From Hydrolagus affinis (taxonomy: Eukaryota), in contig JAAILG010000448.1 of assembly GCA_012026655.1 (NCBI GenBank), positions 1 through 64,000 of the forward strand: DNA of 64,000 bases, written 5' to 3'. This document shows, piece by piece, positions 1-11,492 of the stretch. The number at the start of each line of letters is the position of its first letter. Position 1 is the first letter of the stretch. The notes below the pieces were generated by a model. The model was given only the letters and a program-made list of their open reading frames with translations. It had not been told where the DNA came from and made no database searches. Made by a program: the position numbers and the translations under genes.

Positions 1-228
1 ATTGTATTCAAGGACTATGAATACAATATGGCGGTTTTGCACCTCGGTCTGTGCATTGTGTATAGAGATGAGCATTCTGGGTCTTGTAGTTCAGTGTGCG
101 CGCATTCCGATTTTTCCCCTCGATATATCGACTTTTCGATATCGATATTTTTGAAATGCCTATATCGGCGTATAGATATGAAAATGATATCGGGTTTTAG
201 CGATATATCGATATATCGCCGGACCCTA
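1..228. mobile_element. End of a hAT-like non-autonomous DNA transposon (other end probably outside the window)
   Basis: CpG-rich stretch with repeated palindromic CGATATATCG/CGATATCG subterminal motifs (120-218) ending in ...CGATATATCGCCGGACCCTA. This is the reverse complement of a TAGGG-type terminus typical of hAT MITEs. Second TIR and TSD not visible. Confidence 0.6.
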
Positions 229-364
229 CTGTACTGTACTTGCATTCAATATAGTATCTTATCACATCACAACCTTCGAACGATTCAGATTCATGACCAT
301 TATGTACACAGCGCCAGCTAGTCATATTGGATTGATATTTGACTATCATTGTGGATTTGAGAGA

Positions 365-412
365 AGTGGGGGAGGTGGTGGGGTGGGGGTGGGTGGGGGT
401 TGTGTGGGGGGG
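365..412 (+). repeat. G-rich low-complexity tract (G-quadruplex-capable)
   Basis: More than four runs of GGG or longer with short loops. Confidence 0.7.
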
Positions 413-625
413 AAATCATAGCCATGTCAAATCTTGCCTTCACTAAACACAATAATACAAAATTATACTAGCAAGAACAACCAGTCTTTCTTTAACAGTG
501 CCGTATAATAAATATACTAATCCTTGTATTTAATATAGCCTCACCCTTAGTTTGCATTTACCGAATATTTGGTAATTATAATAATGTTCAACAACAATAA
601 AATTACACATGTGTAACACCTTTCA

Positions 626-800
626 ATAATAATCGTAGCATTTGATATATAGCACCTTGTCATCTCTCCAAAACTTCTCAAAGCCATTCACAGAATGTAC
701 AATAAAGTGAAAGTGACTGTGTATTTTATAGGCAAAATGCAGCAACCAATTGCGCACAGCAGTGCATCACAAACAGTCATGGATTGAGTGACCAAATTAG
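626..800 (-). mobile_element. Deu-core SINE, 3' half
   Basis: Reverse complement of the family core (TGTTTGTG..ACTGCTGTGCGCAATTGG.TGC) and tail (ATATCAAATGC..ATTATTATT) repeated throughout the window. Confidence 0.8.
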
Positions 801-3800
801 CATTTTTTAAAGAGATTTATTACGCTTTCTAATAGTGTTTTGGGTCATCTTGTTTCAATGCAAAACATTTTTAAATATTTAAATGGTTTGCAACATTTTC
901 ATCTGTAGCGAGTAGGTATTAAACCACTTTAAACCAGACTCCCGTAGGTAAGAACTTATTTGACTAACTTTTTGCTTGATCATGCTTTCAGCTGGTTGGT
1001 AAAGCAAGGTTTGTGAAATGTGTCTCAGGCTACAGAAAACATATTACGGTACTTACTTTTGGTTCAGTAATACAGCTTCTTCACATTTTCTTCTGCTGCT
1101 AGCTGTAGATTAGCGAATAATCTGTCGCTCAAACACATTTTGTTCGTTGTTATTGTTCCACCTAATGTACAAAACGTGAGGGTTTATTTCACTGTTGGTA
1201 AAACTTCCACAAAGTTTTTGTAATTCTGTCCATAAACTGACCACTTTTAATTGTTGCTCTGAGTTTATATTTCGCACAGCACAGTAAAAGATAAATTTCA
1301 AAGTAATGCTTTAGCAATCGACAAAACGATCGACAAAATAGTTGATAGAAATATAATTACATTCTTATACAGTGGAATATGTTGAAAATGGTATTACAAA
1401 ATATTTACAACAGTTCATTTTATTACTGGGAAATGAAGTGGGCACTTTTGTCTTTTCTTTCAATATTTTACAGCCTTACAATTCTGCCTTTGTTCTCATC
1501 GATTGACTGGTTAGATTTATGGCTGTAGCGATAGGAACACTTTCCCTTAACTGCATTTAACACCTGTTCCTTTCCTTATCTTTCTGGTGTGTTGAACTGT
1601 TTGTGATCTTTGACTGTTTTTATATCATTAAAGTTAAATATGTTGAAAGTGTGCTGTGCCAAATTGAATGTTGGGAAAGAGTTGTAGAGAGTCTAGTGCA
1701 GCCATTATTGTGGCTTGGAACACACTCACACGCTGCCAAAGGGCACTTCTGGATGTCAATCTAGATGTACACAGAGCACAGGTGCACTTACCCACTCTTT
1801 GCAATACAATGGGGACAGGTGCCTTCACAGTGGTTTCTAAACTATTCCTAATAAAATGATGGGTGTGGTCGAAGTGAAGTTAATTTTTTTTAGGGTGGGA
1901 TTTAAAGACAGATCGAGAGGTGGCAAGAAGGAGGGGGTGGCGGTGGGGGGGTAGGGAGTGAGTTAGTTCCCAAGTTTTCTTTACCTTTATTGGTAAGGAA
2001 ATTTGCAAATTGCATGCGACAAATGATCAACTGGCTTGTGAGCAACTTAAGTGTCAGGGTAAGAGATGAGAAAAGGTCATATTGTTACTGAAGCTCGTGC
2101 TTGCAGACACTGACTTTTATTATCATGGTATCTGATTGTATTTGGAATTAAGCTCATTTAACTTGCTTGTTAGATGATTATTTATCATGCTTGAGTAAAG
2201 ATTTTTTTTCTCTCTGATCATCTGTTCTAAATTTCCATTCATGTGTCTCCATTTGTATCCCCCAGTCCTAATTTATTGGCTTGCTCTGCAGAAATAGACT
2301 ATGTTTACAGTACTTGTGCCATTTTATATACAGTACGAACAATGGAATGGCCTCTTCACTTTCTTTCTGAACTGTAAAATGTGCATTTGCCTAATCTTGC
2401 ATCATAGTTCATTTCCTTTACACTTCACATTAGATTGGATTGTGCCTTCTGGAGCTTCTCTATACATACCTCAGAACTTGTAGTTTATTTTGCAGCAGAT
2501 TTTTTAAAGTGTCGAAAACTCTATTTCCGAGAGGAAACGGTGAAGAATACAGTACAGTAAGTACTCAGTATTCTTCTGGAAACTTGCTGTCTTTAAGCTT
2601 GCTGAGGCTGCGGAAAATCCTGCTGCTTGAGACAGCTGCTGAATGGTGCCGTGAATTGCGATATCAATTTAAAATTGTCCACTGGCCAGCCATTCTCGAT
2701 CAGACACACCATATTTTGACTACACATACTTGAAGGAACAGAGCAAAAATATCTTCAACAGGAAGGGTTTTTAATCAAAACAGTGTCCCTGTGATAGTGT
2801 TGGTAACACTTATTTGCAGCATTAAACTTTTGCTCCATCGTAGAGCAGAAAGAGGAGAAAGGCGATTGAACGATGGTGAATGATTGAACATGGATACCCA
2901 GAGAGACAAATATTTGCTTTTTTCCCCCCCAAAAAATGTGTTAATGTATTCAAACTGGTCCCTTACTTCCACAGATTGTGTGCAAGTCAAGCTGAGAGAT
3001 GTCAGCGATGAGGGATGGAAAACTCTTGTCTGCGATTCACAGATCCAGAGTAACATGGGACAGATGCTCCCGAGAGGAAAGACTGCAAAACCGTTTGCCC
3101 TTATGTGACCAATTTACTTTCTGCCTTGTCAGACTTAGTGCCTCATTTTGTTTGTACCCTTAGCTCAATCAGAGAACAATTATTAAGGGAGTTGGATTCA
3201 GTAATTCTTTAAAACCTAGTTTTATTTGGACGTTGGATGAACAGAATTCAAACCAAAGTGCTCTGGCGATTTGCTGCCTGTTCATATATAGGACAAGTGA
3301 AACAAATAGCAGTGTAGAAGTGGATTTGCTGGGTTTATTTCACTCGTGAGAACGAGTTGCTGGATCACAAGCGGCATGAAATCCAGTAATCTCTCACTAC
3401 CAGTGCAATAGATTATATATCTGGTATGCCCTGCAGTATTGTTGTACACTTTTGATTTTGATTTCCTGCTGATTAACCAATCACTCCACGCTTATCTGTT
3501 TGTGAACTTAACATCTGTTATCAAAAGAGGTACATCTGAGAAGGATTTAAATGCGTAGGTTTAATTTATTAGGGGACACCTAAGATATGCAGTTATTTTA
3601 TTTCCTCCTGCCAAGTCTTACGTGTAGCTGAGCATCTCAGTCTTACAACCTCACTCGCCAGCAATGCCAGCAGTATTTCATTTAACTGATGGTTCAGGGC
3701 TGCAATTTGCTGCCAATTCAAACAGGTGTGGGAATGGTTCAGTTCAGCCCTGGAAGAAGTTCTGAAAGCTCAGTGCAATCAATAACTCTGGATGCGTGCT

Positions 3801-5059
3801 TTCATTACTGTTTTCGAGAGTCTGGGTAGGGGGGAAAGTTTCCATCCTTGTCTTTGTCTGCTGACTTAAAAAATATAAGACAAAGATTTGTAAAAGCTGT
3901 GAAATGGTTTGTTCGACCGATTATACCTGAATTACCAGCTGCCTCCCATTTAGTTGAATTACAATTGACTATGTAGTTCCTGGCTGGAACATCCAATTTC
4001 ATTTCGATTGCTGACCTTTAAACTATTTTTTCCACCTTAAAATTTTTCTCTTTATGCTAATGCAGGCTGGGAGTACAATATTCCTTTCTGGCTTTCAGCA
4101 ATTTAACATTTCTTTGTCAAATAAAAAGCAGGAATCAGGGCTGCCGAAACTGAAAGCTCGGACTTTTAAATAAAAACGATCTTCAAGGGCTTTTATATAA
4201 GTTGCTGACTATCTCGTCCATCCTTTCTTTCTCGGTCTCAGGGCCTGACGTGTGGACCTGGGAGATGTGACGCTTGCCTGTTCCCTATAATCCTCCTATT
4301 CCCTAATATCTTCCATCTGTCTGTCAGGATACCCCAGGAGGCAGCTCAGAAGTAATCTGGGGCTGAGTAGCAACCCACAATATCAACAGCAGCAGCTTTC
4401 ATTTCTCCAGCTCCCTTCACACAGGGTAACATCTCAGAGTGCTTCGTAGTATTCAGCACCGAGCTAAACATATACCAGGATAGTCACGGGATGAATGGGG
4501 ACGAGCAAAAGGTCTCCGATCTGTGGATTTTGTAGGTTCAGAAATGACCTTAGGTCTGAAGCGCATAGTATAATATCTATTATAAATCTATTATAATTTG
4601 GAATCGCAGGTAGCCGACAGGGTCACTACTCACTAAGTTATAAAGTTTACTGGAGCCTTCAGTTCCCATCTAGTGTTTTTAAAAATATATTGCATTGTAC
4701 ATAACAGAAATCAATCTTTTCTTCAGTATGATCCCGTTTGCTTCTCAATAGGGCCGATGGGAACAGTGAGATGGAGGCTGGCAATATAACCAAGCACGTG
4801 GCTTGAGGATAACAAGCCGCATTGCACACTATGTCATTCAGCTATGGACGACTCCTAATTGCATCCACCAACAGTTGCATAGGTTCAGGAAAAACGACAC
4901 AGCCGCAGGCTAATTATAAACAGAGAGTACAGTGCCTCCACAATATTACCATATCTAAACCCGCTGCATTTTTACATCCCATCCCAAAGTCAACCAATTT
5001 AAAAAGAAACTTACTCATATATTCTTTCCAAATTCAGTGAAACTATACAAATGTGTTTT

Positions 5060-5335
5060 TGAACTATATTATAACTAAGTTGACAAAGTGAAATACTTAA
5101 AGATTCCAAGTCACTATTTGAAAAGATAAGGGAGTTTCCCCAGGCTCTTCACCGACAATTGCCCAGATTCGATTGGCTTTGTGGCTGTTTATGTGTGCAA
5201 ATTGGTACTGGTTTCACCTACAAATATACAGTCATTACATTTCAGAGTAAAATCTTGCGAAGTTTGAGATGTCTTGACAACGTGAAAGCGTTTTTATCGA
5301 ATGGAAGCGATATTATCATAATTATGTGTGTTGGA
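5060..5335 (+). mobile_element. Old, diverged Deu-core SINE
   Basis: TTAAAGATTCC...CTATTTGAAAAGA...GGCTGTTT..GTGTGCAAATTGG core plus a decayed tail; resembles the copies near 17700 and 20545. Confidence 0.55.
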
Positions 5336-6249
5336 ATCTCTAGTTATCTGATACCTCCTGTTCTCTCATTTATTTGTGAGAGAAAAGTCAACCGTATTGC
5401 GGTCCTCCTTTTTTAGTGTGTAGTTTTATGGTGAGGATTGAGAATTTGAGAAATACAAAACAAAAATGGTCACCCAAGGAAACTGGAAAATGTTAACACC
5501 CAAAGAGTTAAAAGTGAAATCTAATTGTAGATCTTGTGCAGGATGTCAAATGACTAGCAATGGTTTGTTGAAGATTTAGTATGGAACATCCTTGCAAAAA
5601 GGAAGATTAATCCTTTTAACAAGTAGCAATATTGACAGACCATGGGAAAATCTGAACTTATTCATAGATCAAAGTTGTTCATCACAGGTTTTGTGTCAGA
5701 CATAGAAGAAAAATGTTCAGGAATGTCAACTGTCCTTGGTGTGTTTGGGGTTCTGGTTCATCTTCCAGCTGTGAATATGTGGTTTTGTCATTTCTTTGTC
5801 TTGAGAGTTCACAGTCCCCAATGTTTCACTGCTGATGATTCGAAATCACAGATTGATAACAGGAACCAGTGGATTTATCACATCATTCTGTGAGGGAAGA
5901 CTGAATGTACTCGAAAGTGAGTTATGATTCTGAACTCTTCCTTGCACATTTTTGAGTCTCTCAATGTGTCAATGCAATACTTCCTCCCAAGAGATGGAAT
6001 AATGGGGTGCACGACAGGATATGTCCTTCATCATTGTGGAGCTTGGTTTCCTGTTTTCATGTTACGTGCTTTATTTTTTAATCAATTGCTTCTTCTATTG
6101 GTTTCAAAGGAACCTGTTTTGGGAGATTATTCTTAAGTGATGCAGTGTAAAATTTTAGCCCACCAATAATCCTGCTTCCTCCAAGTTCACCAACAAACCG
6201 ATTACATTGGCCATTCCATATCTGTTTGTAGCCATTTCAATCAGAAAAA

Positions 6250-6424
6250 ATAATAATAATTTGGTCACACAATCCACGCCAGGGACATTGCTATCCGCAA
6301 TTGGCTGACGTGTGTCACACACAAAATATACAGTCAATTCACTTTACAGTATATCTGTGAAGCACTTTGAGACATCTCGAAGACCTGATAAAGAGCCATA
6401 TCAAATGCAAGAATTATTATTATT
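6250..6424 (+). mobile_element. Deu-core SINE, 3' half
   Basis: Core plus tail GAAGCACTTTGAGACATCTCGAAGACCTGATAAAGAGCCATATCAAATGCAAGAATTATTATTATT. Confidence 0.8.
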
Positions 6425-6902
6425 GCTGGTGCAGATTCTCTGGTGCATTTCCCACATAACACAGATGTTTTTTTTTCTTCTTACAACTTTTGTTTTGTTT
6501 AAAGTGCTCAACTCTATTGTTTTATTTGGATGATTTGAGATACTGAATCCCAATTTAAGCTGTTCTTACAGATTTGCAACAGATTTTTCTCCAGAACATA
6601 AAGGAAGTTAGCTTTTTTGTAAACAAATGAAATTATTGACAGTGCATTGGATAGTAGATTATTTCACATGGATATGAACAGATTTCTATTCCTATAGGGT
6701 GTGTTGAATGATGTTTTTAAAATTATTTTTCAGGACCTAAGAATTAAAACAATGCCTGTGCTTCTCAATCCCTTTAACATTTGATTTTGAACAAGTGCTC
6801 AAATTGATTTTGAGGTTTGTGTATTATACAGTAATTAAAGCTCTTCATTTTTTTGGAATACTACGTGATTTCTAGGTGAAGAAACAAAGAATTTTATTGG
6901 TA

Positions 6903-7110
6903 CAGTAAAAGCCTGTTTATCTGGCATCCTTGGGACCTGGCCAATGCCAGTTAAAGCGCGTGCCGGATATTCGGCCAAAAACGCGGAAAAAAAATTAAAA
7001 GGGCATTTTTCCGGATAAATTCCGGTTAATCGAATGCGGACCTTTTTTTTGCGATGCTAGTTATACGGAAGTTACGGTTGATCGGGTGCTGGATAAACAG
7101 GCTTTTACTG
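6903..7110 (+). mobile_element. Tigger/pogo-like MITE (Tc1/mariner superfamily)
   Basis: TIRs CAGTAAAAGCCTGTTTATC ... GATAAACAGGCTTTTACTG; TA before, CA after (mutated TA TSD); 208 bp. Same family as 21768-22510 and 56383-57193. Confidence 0.9.
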
Positions 7111-8399
7111 CATAACACTACAATTAAAATGTAGAGAACGCCTCGAAATACTTTACACATTGACTATGCATCTGACATTTGGGGAATGTTGGGGAAGAGG
7201 GCGAGATAGAGGGTCTCCATTGTCCCTCTATCTATCCAGAGCCATATCAAATACAAGAATTATTATTATTGCTGGTGCAGATGCTCTGGTGCATGGAGGG
7301 AGGACGGAGTTCCATTGAGCAGACCATAATGCCTTTTGCTCATAGCTTACTTTTCTACTTCACCTTCCTGGCTCTTCGAAATGACTCCCAAATGCCCAAA
7401 ACAATAAGAAAATGAAATGTTGCATTCCGGCAGTATACTCGAAGCCAATTCAAGCCTTAGTGATTACCCAAATATATTTCAAAACATTAGACACAGTGAG
7501 GTGAACAGTTCAGCTTAGGAGTTATTTTAACTCTTACTTAAATGGATACAAGTGACAGAGTAGGAGAAATAAAGGAAATAAAAACTGTAAGAAAAGTGAA
7601 ATTCAATAGGCTGTCACTTTTGAAGCCTTGGAGCAGTGCAGTGGGATTGAAAGTACAGCTTGCTCTGAGAGTCAGTGTGGACTTCGGATGGGCTGAATGG
7701 AATTTGGCTATAAAGAGTTCCCAATGACCCCGAGTTGCGACTTATTGAAATAGGGTTATTATTACATGACAGAATGCGTGCAAGTGGTTTTGGATCCATC
7801 AACGATTCATTTGCTGCATGGATTTTAGATGCAAATACATCTGCTATGAATAATCGTTCATAGTAAATGCTCTCTAACACAAGAAGGAACCAAAAATCAA
7901 GTTATCATTAAAGTGGGAAACCACAGCAGATCCGAGGCAGAACAGACTGTGGCATCATATCTGCCGCTGCATCTGGTTCCCTTATTTATTTCTTAATTTT
8001 GCACAATTCCAGGCAATGCTTCCTAAAGTTCTAGCTCAGCACATTTCAAAGTGTGAGTGCGAGATGGTTTCAGGGGGCTGTGGTGTACAACCAGTCAATC
8101 CAAACTTACATTTATATTGCGCCTTTCACATCGAGAGGACATCCCAAGGCGCTGTACAGTCAGGTAGGGACAGGAGCAGTGGGGGAGGGGTCGGGGCAGA
8201 ATGAAGGAGAATAGGAGAATTGACTGTATATTTGTGGGCAAAACGTGGCAGCCAAATTGTGCACAACAGTGTCACACAAACAGTCCCGGAAGTGGGGCCA
8301 GGGGAGAAAGGGGGAAAAGAGGGTAAGGGGCAACCTTACAAGGCAACCACTGGAACAAGCCAAGCTCCTGTGTAATACTAATGATGACATTGCATTTGA

Positions 8400-8465
8400 C
8401 AACATAGATCATAGAGTTTTACAGCACAAAAGGAGGCCATTTGGCCCATCGAGTCTGTGCCAGAG
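8400..8465 (-). mobile_element. CR1-type LINE/SINE 3' tail fragment
   Basis: ATCATAGAGTTTTACAGCACAAAAGGAGGCCATTTGGCCCATCGAGTCTGTGCC resembles the 3' end of chondrichthyan CR1-family elements (recalled). Confidence 0.6.
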
Positions 8466-8569
8466 CCAAATGGCACATATTGTGCTGAAGAATATTTGTT
8501 CTCGAAGAATGTCTTCTGGACGTCTCAAAATACTTCACAGAATATACTGTAAAGTGAATTGACTGTGTT

Positions 8570-8872
8570 TTACGGGGGTATTTTGTGTGCCCATCATGGC
8601 TGCACCCTCACAGCGGGTCACAGCTCTCTACCGTTCAATCACAGCTCTCGCGGCTTCAGGAGTCTTGCTGAAAACTGACCAATCAGGTTAGACGGTGCCA
8701 ATGTGCGTGAGATCCACATTAACATTGCAAGCATTACTTTTTATTTATTTCCTTTGAAATGTTTGCAACTTAAGTAAGGCATTCAATTTCTATGAATTTA
8801 TTGTGTGAGGGTCAGCAGTTAGGAACGCCTAATGTCACAGGCATCGTGAGCCCAGTAAGTTTGGAACCTCTG
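8570..8872. mobile_element. Possible truncated hAT-Charlie-like element
   Basis: Ends in AAGTTTGGAACCTCTG followed by GTCTAACC (Charlie-like terminus and TA-centred target); left TIR not found. Confidence 0.35.
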
Positions 8873-9629
8873 GTCTAACCCCTGCCACATCTCTGCTGTC
8901 TCCCTCCCCTCAGTAACTTCTGTGTAATTTTCAAACTAGTTGAGTGACCTACCCTAACTACCTGAAACCTGCTATGGATATAAATGTCAAAAACACGAAC
9001 TATTTATTCAGAATGGTTGATTTTCTTTGACATGAATACACTTGAAATTGTGAACTTGCTTAACCTTTTGATACATCTGTCAATATGTTGCATGAGTTCT
9101 TTGTCAGACAAGCTCGGCTTGCCTTCTCTTCTGCTCGTATCCTCCATGTTTCCACATGCAATGCTCGTACGAACAAGCTCTGGAAGATAGCAAAATTTGA
9201 AGCGAAGAATATGCTGCAGAGATCTGGGAGATGACAGCTGCAGAGCAGATGGACCCTTTCTGACATAACAGGATAGACACTTTGTATTGCCAAACACTCC
9301 AGGATTTCAATCCACAACTGACAGGAAATGAATCCATTTTTAACTGTACCAGTGTTGTAGGTTTTGCATACATTTCCGTGGTGCCATATACGGCTATATC
9401 ATTATTTCCTATGGGATGCTAGCTGGCTGTACTATATGGCTGTACTATATAGCTGTACAGAGCCAGCTAGCATCCCATATGAAATAATGATCGAGTTTTA
9501 AGTCATGGGATTGCCTCTGATGTCACTTCCTGTGAGTACATTGCATCCTGTAAGCGTTACAGCTGCCGATCTTTAAAACAATGGCCTCTCCAGTCATAAG
9601 GCGGTGGCTGACATCACTTCTTACCGTGG

Positions 9630-9830
9630 CGAGGAGACAGGCGAGGGCAAGGCCGTGCATGGCCTTGAAAGTGATGACAAGGAACTTAGAACATAAGAAT
9701 CATAGAATGTTACGGCACAGAAGAATCAGGAGTAGGTCATTCGGCCCCTCGAGGCTGCCCCATCCTAAATTCGATCCTCTGGGTGATGGGGAGCCAGTGG
9801 AGATGGGCGAGGGTGGGAGTGACACGTTAT
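9630..9830 (-). mobile_element. L2 LINE fragment interrupted by a short CR1-type tail (about 9688-9766)
   Basis: Flanks match the L2 copy at 24280-24390 (GGCCTTGAAAGTGA.GAC.AGGA.CTT | AATTCGATCCTCTGGG.GATGGGGAGCCA.TGGAG). The insert reads AGAACATAAGAATCATAGAA...AGGAGTAGGTCATTCGGCCCCTCGAG. Confidence 0.7.
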
Positions 9831-11179
9831 CAGGCGCTGTATCAAATGCAAGGATTATTATTATTATATCAAATTCAAGGATTATTATCATTGTTGTCAG
9901 TGATTGGCATGTGGGCAAAATGGAAGCAAAGTAAGTTTTAAAAATGATAACAGCATGTTAACCATTGGTGTTACAGTCGAGTTTATTCAGCCAGACGCTG
10001 CCACACTGCCTGCAGGCTCATTTCTGTGAAACATTAGCGACCATCCTTTTGGGGGTGGGTGGGGTAGTGGTGGCAGCATCATCCTTGGGACTGAGTTGGT
10101 TCGAAGTTGATGTGCATGTGCCAATGGAATATCATAATCTGGTCCGTCCTCTGCGGCTGTCTCAGTTGTCGATTTCTTGAAACTGGTGGGTCCACTGTTG
10201 GCTCTTGATGACAGACCAGCCAGCCTGTAACTACCGCAGAGAATATTGTCTATTAACGTGCCCTTGTCATTCCTTTGTAGTAATCTATTTTTCTTAATTA
10301 TTTCTGTGGTAATATTTGAGGCTGTAATCCTGTAAACAGAGGTACATCATTTTTGCCTTTCTGTAATCAAGGATAAAACCCTTGAACCTCAAGTAACTCT
10401 CAGTTCCTCAGCAAATTTAGCATTCTAATATTGAGTGAATATAAAAGTCTGCTTTATATCCTTGGGACCACCACGAATATTTCCTGAAATAACATGCGAT
10501 GATTCAATACTACAATTTAAAACAAAAACTACATTGAAAGTGTTTATCAGATAATTACATATTTTTTAAAAACTCCTCATATTTGATAATACTTAACATT
10601 GAATATTTCAAAGTGTTTCTGTGATGTGTACTCTCAGTGGATCTAAACAAAAATTGACCTGATCATTTAAGAGTTGGTGGTATTTGTTCCTCCACCACTG
10701 ATGCAAACTATGATAGCTTTAGAAAGAAAGATCTGTTACTTAAGATGCAAAGCTCAACATTTTCCTTGATACACATCTGTGCTCCAGTCATTTTATAATA
10801 TTTCTATTGGCTCTATATGGAGCGGAGATGTTCTATATTTTTTTATCAGTACTGATTGCTAATTATGTTGTTCCATAAATTAAGGGAACAATAAAACAAA
10901 GCCAGTTGAGGATTCCTGAGTGGTATTTGGTATGTCTGCCTTGTGGAACCAAATCATCAATGTGCATCGAATTCTCCCGTTCCCTTTCCCCCCTCCTCCC
11001 TCCGCCCTCCCCCGCCCCCCCACCAAGCCACCCACTCACATTCTTCCCTTCCGCAGGCTGCCACACTTGGTGCTGCTAATTGCATCTTTGTGTGTGGCTG
11101 CTGATGGCAAACTCCATACCGTTTATTAGCAGCACATTCCATAATCATATGATAGGTTGTGCAATACAACAAACCATTT

Positions 11180-11492
11180 AATAATAATAATGCTTGTATT
11201 TGATACAGCGCCTTATCACGTCTTCTAGATGTTTCACAGCGGTTTACAGAATGTACTGTAAAGTGAATTGACTCTTATGTTTTGTGTGCAAAACGCGGCA
11301 GGAGTTGTGCAAGCAGTTTTCCCACACACAGTCATGGATTGAAGCAATCAATTTATTATTATTGTTTTCTTGAGGAATTATTATCAGGCATGTGGAGTAA
11401 GGAAATTAGCCCACGGTTTTGCCCTGCTGGAAATCAAATTCAGGTCTTTCGCTTGCGAGGCAAGTACTCTAACCACTGAGCTATAGGACTCC
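11180..11492 (-). mobile_element. Full-length tRNA-derived Deu-core SINE
   Basis: tRNA-like head with A box (TAGCTCAGTGG) and degenerate B box, Deu core, stem-loop tail and (ATT)n end. Confidence 0.85.

Noticed and set aside
2542-2576. Small imperfect hairpin GAAGAATAC-AGTAC...GTACT-CA-GTATTCTTC
   Set aside because: Too short and AT-rich to distinguish from chance or local slippage.
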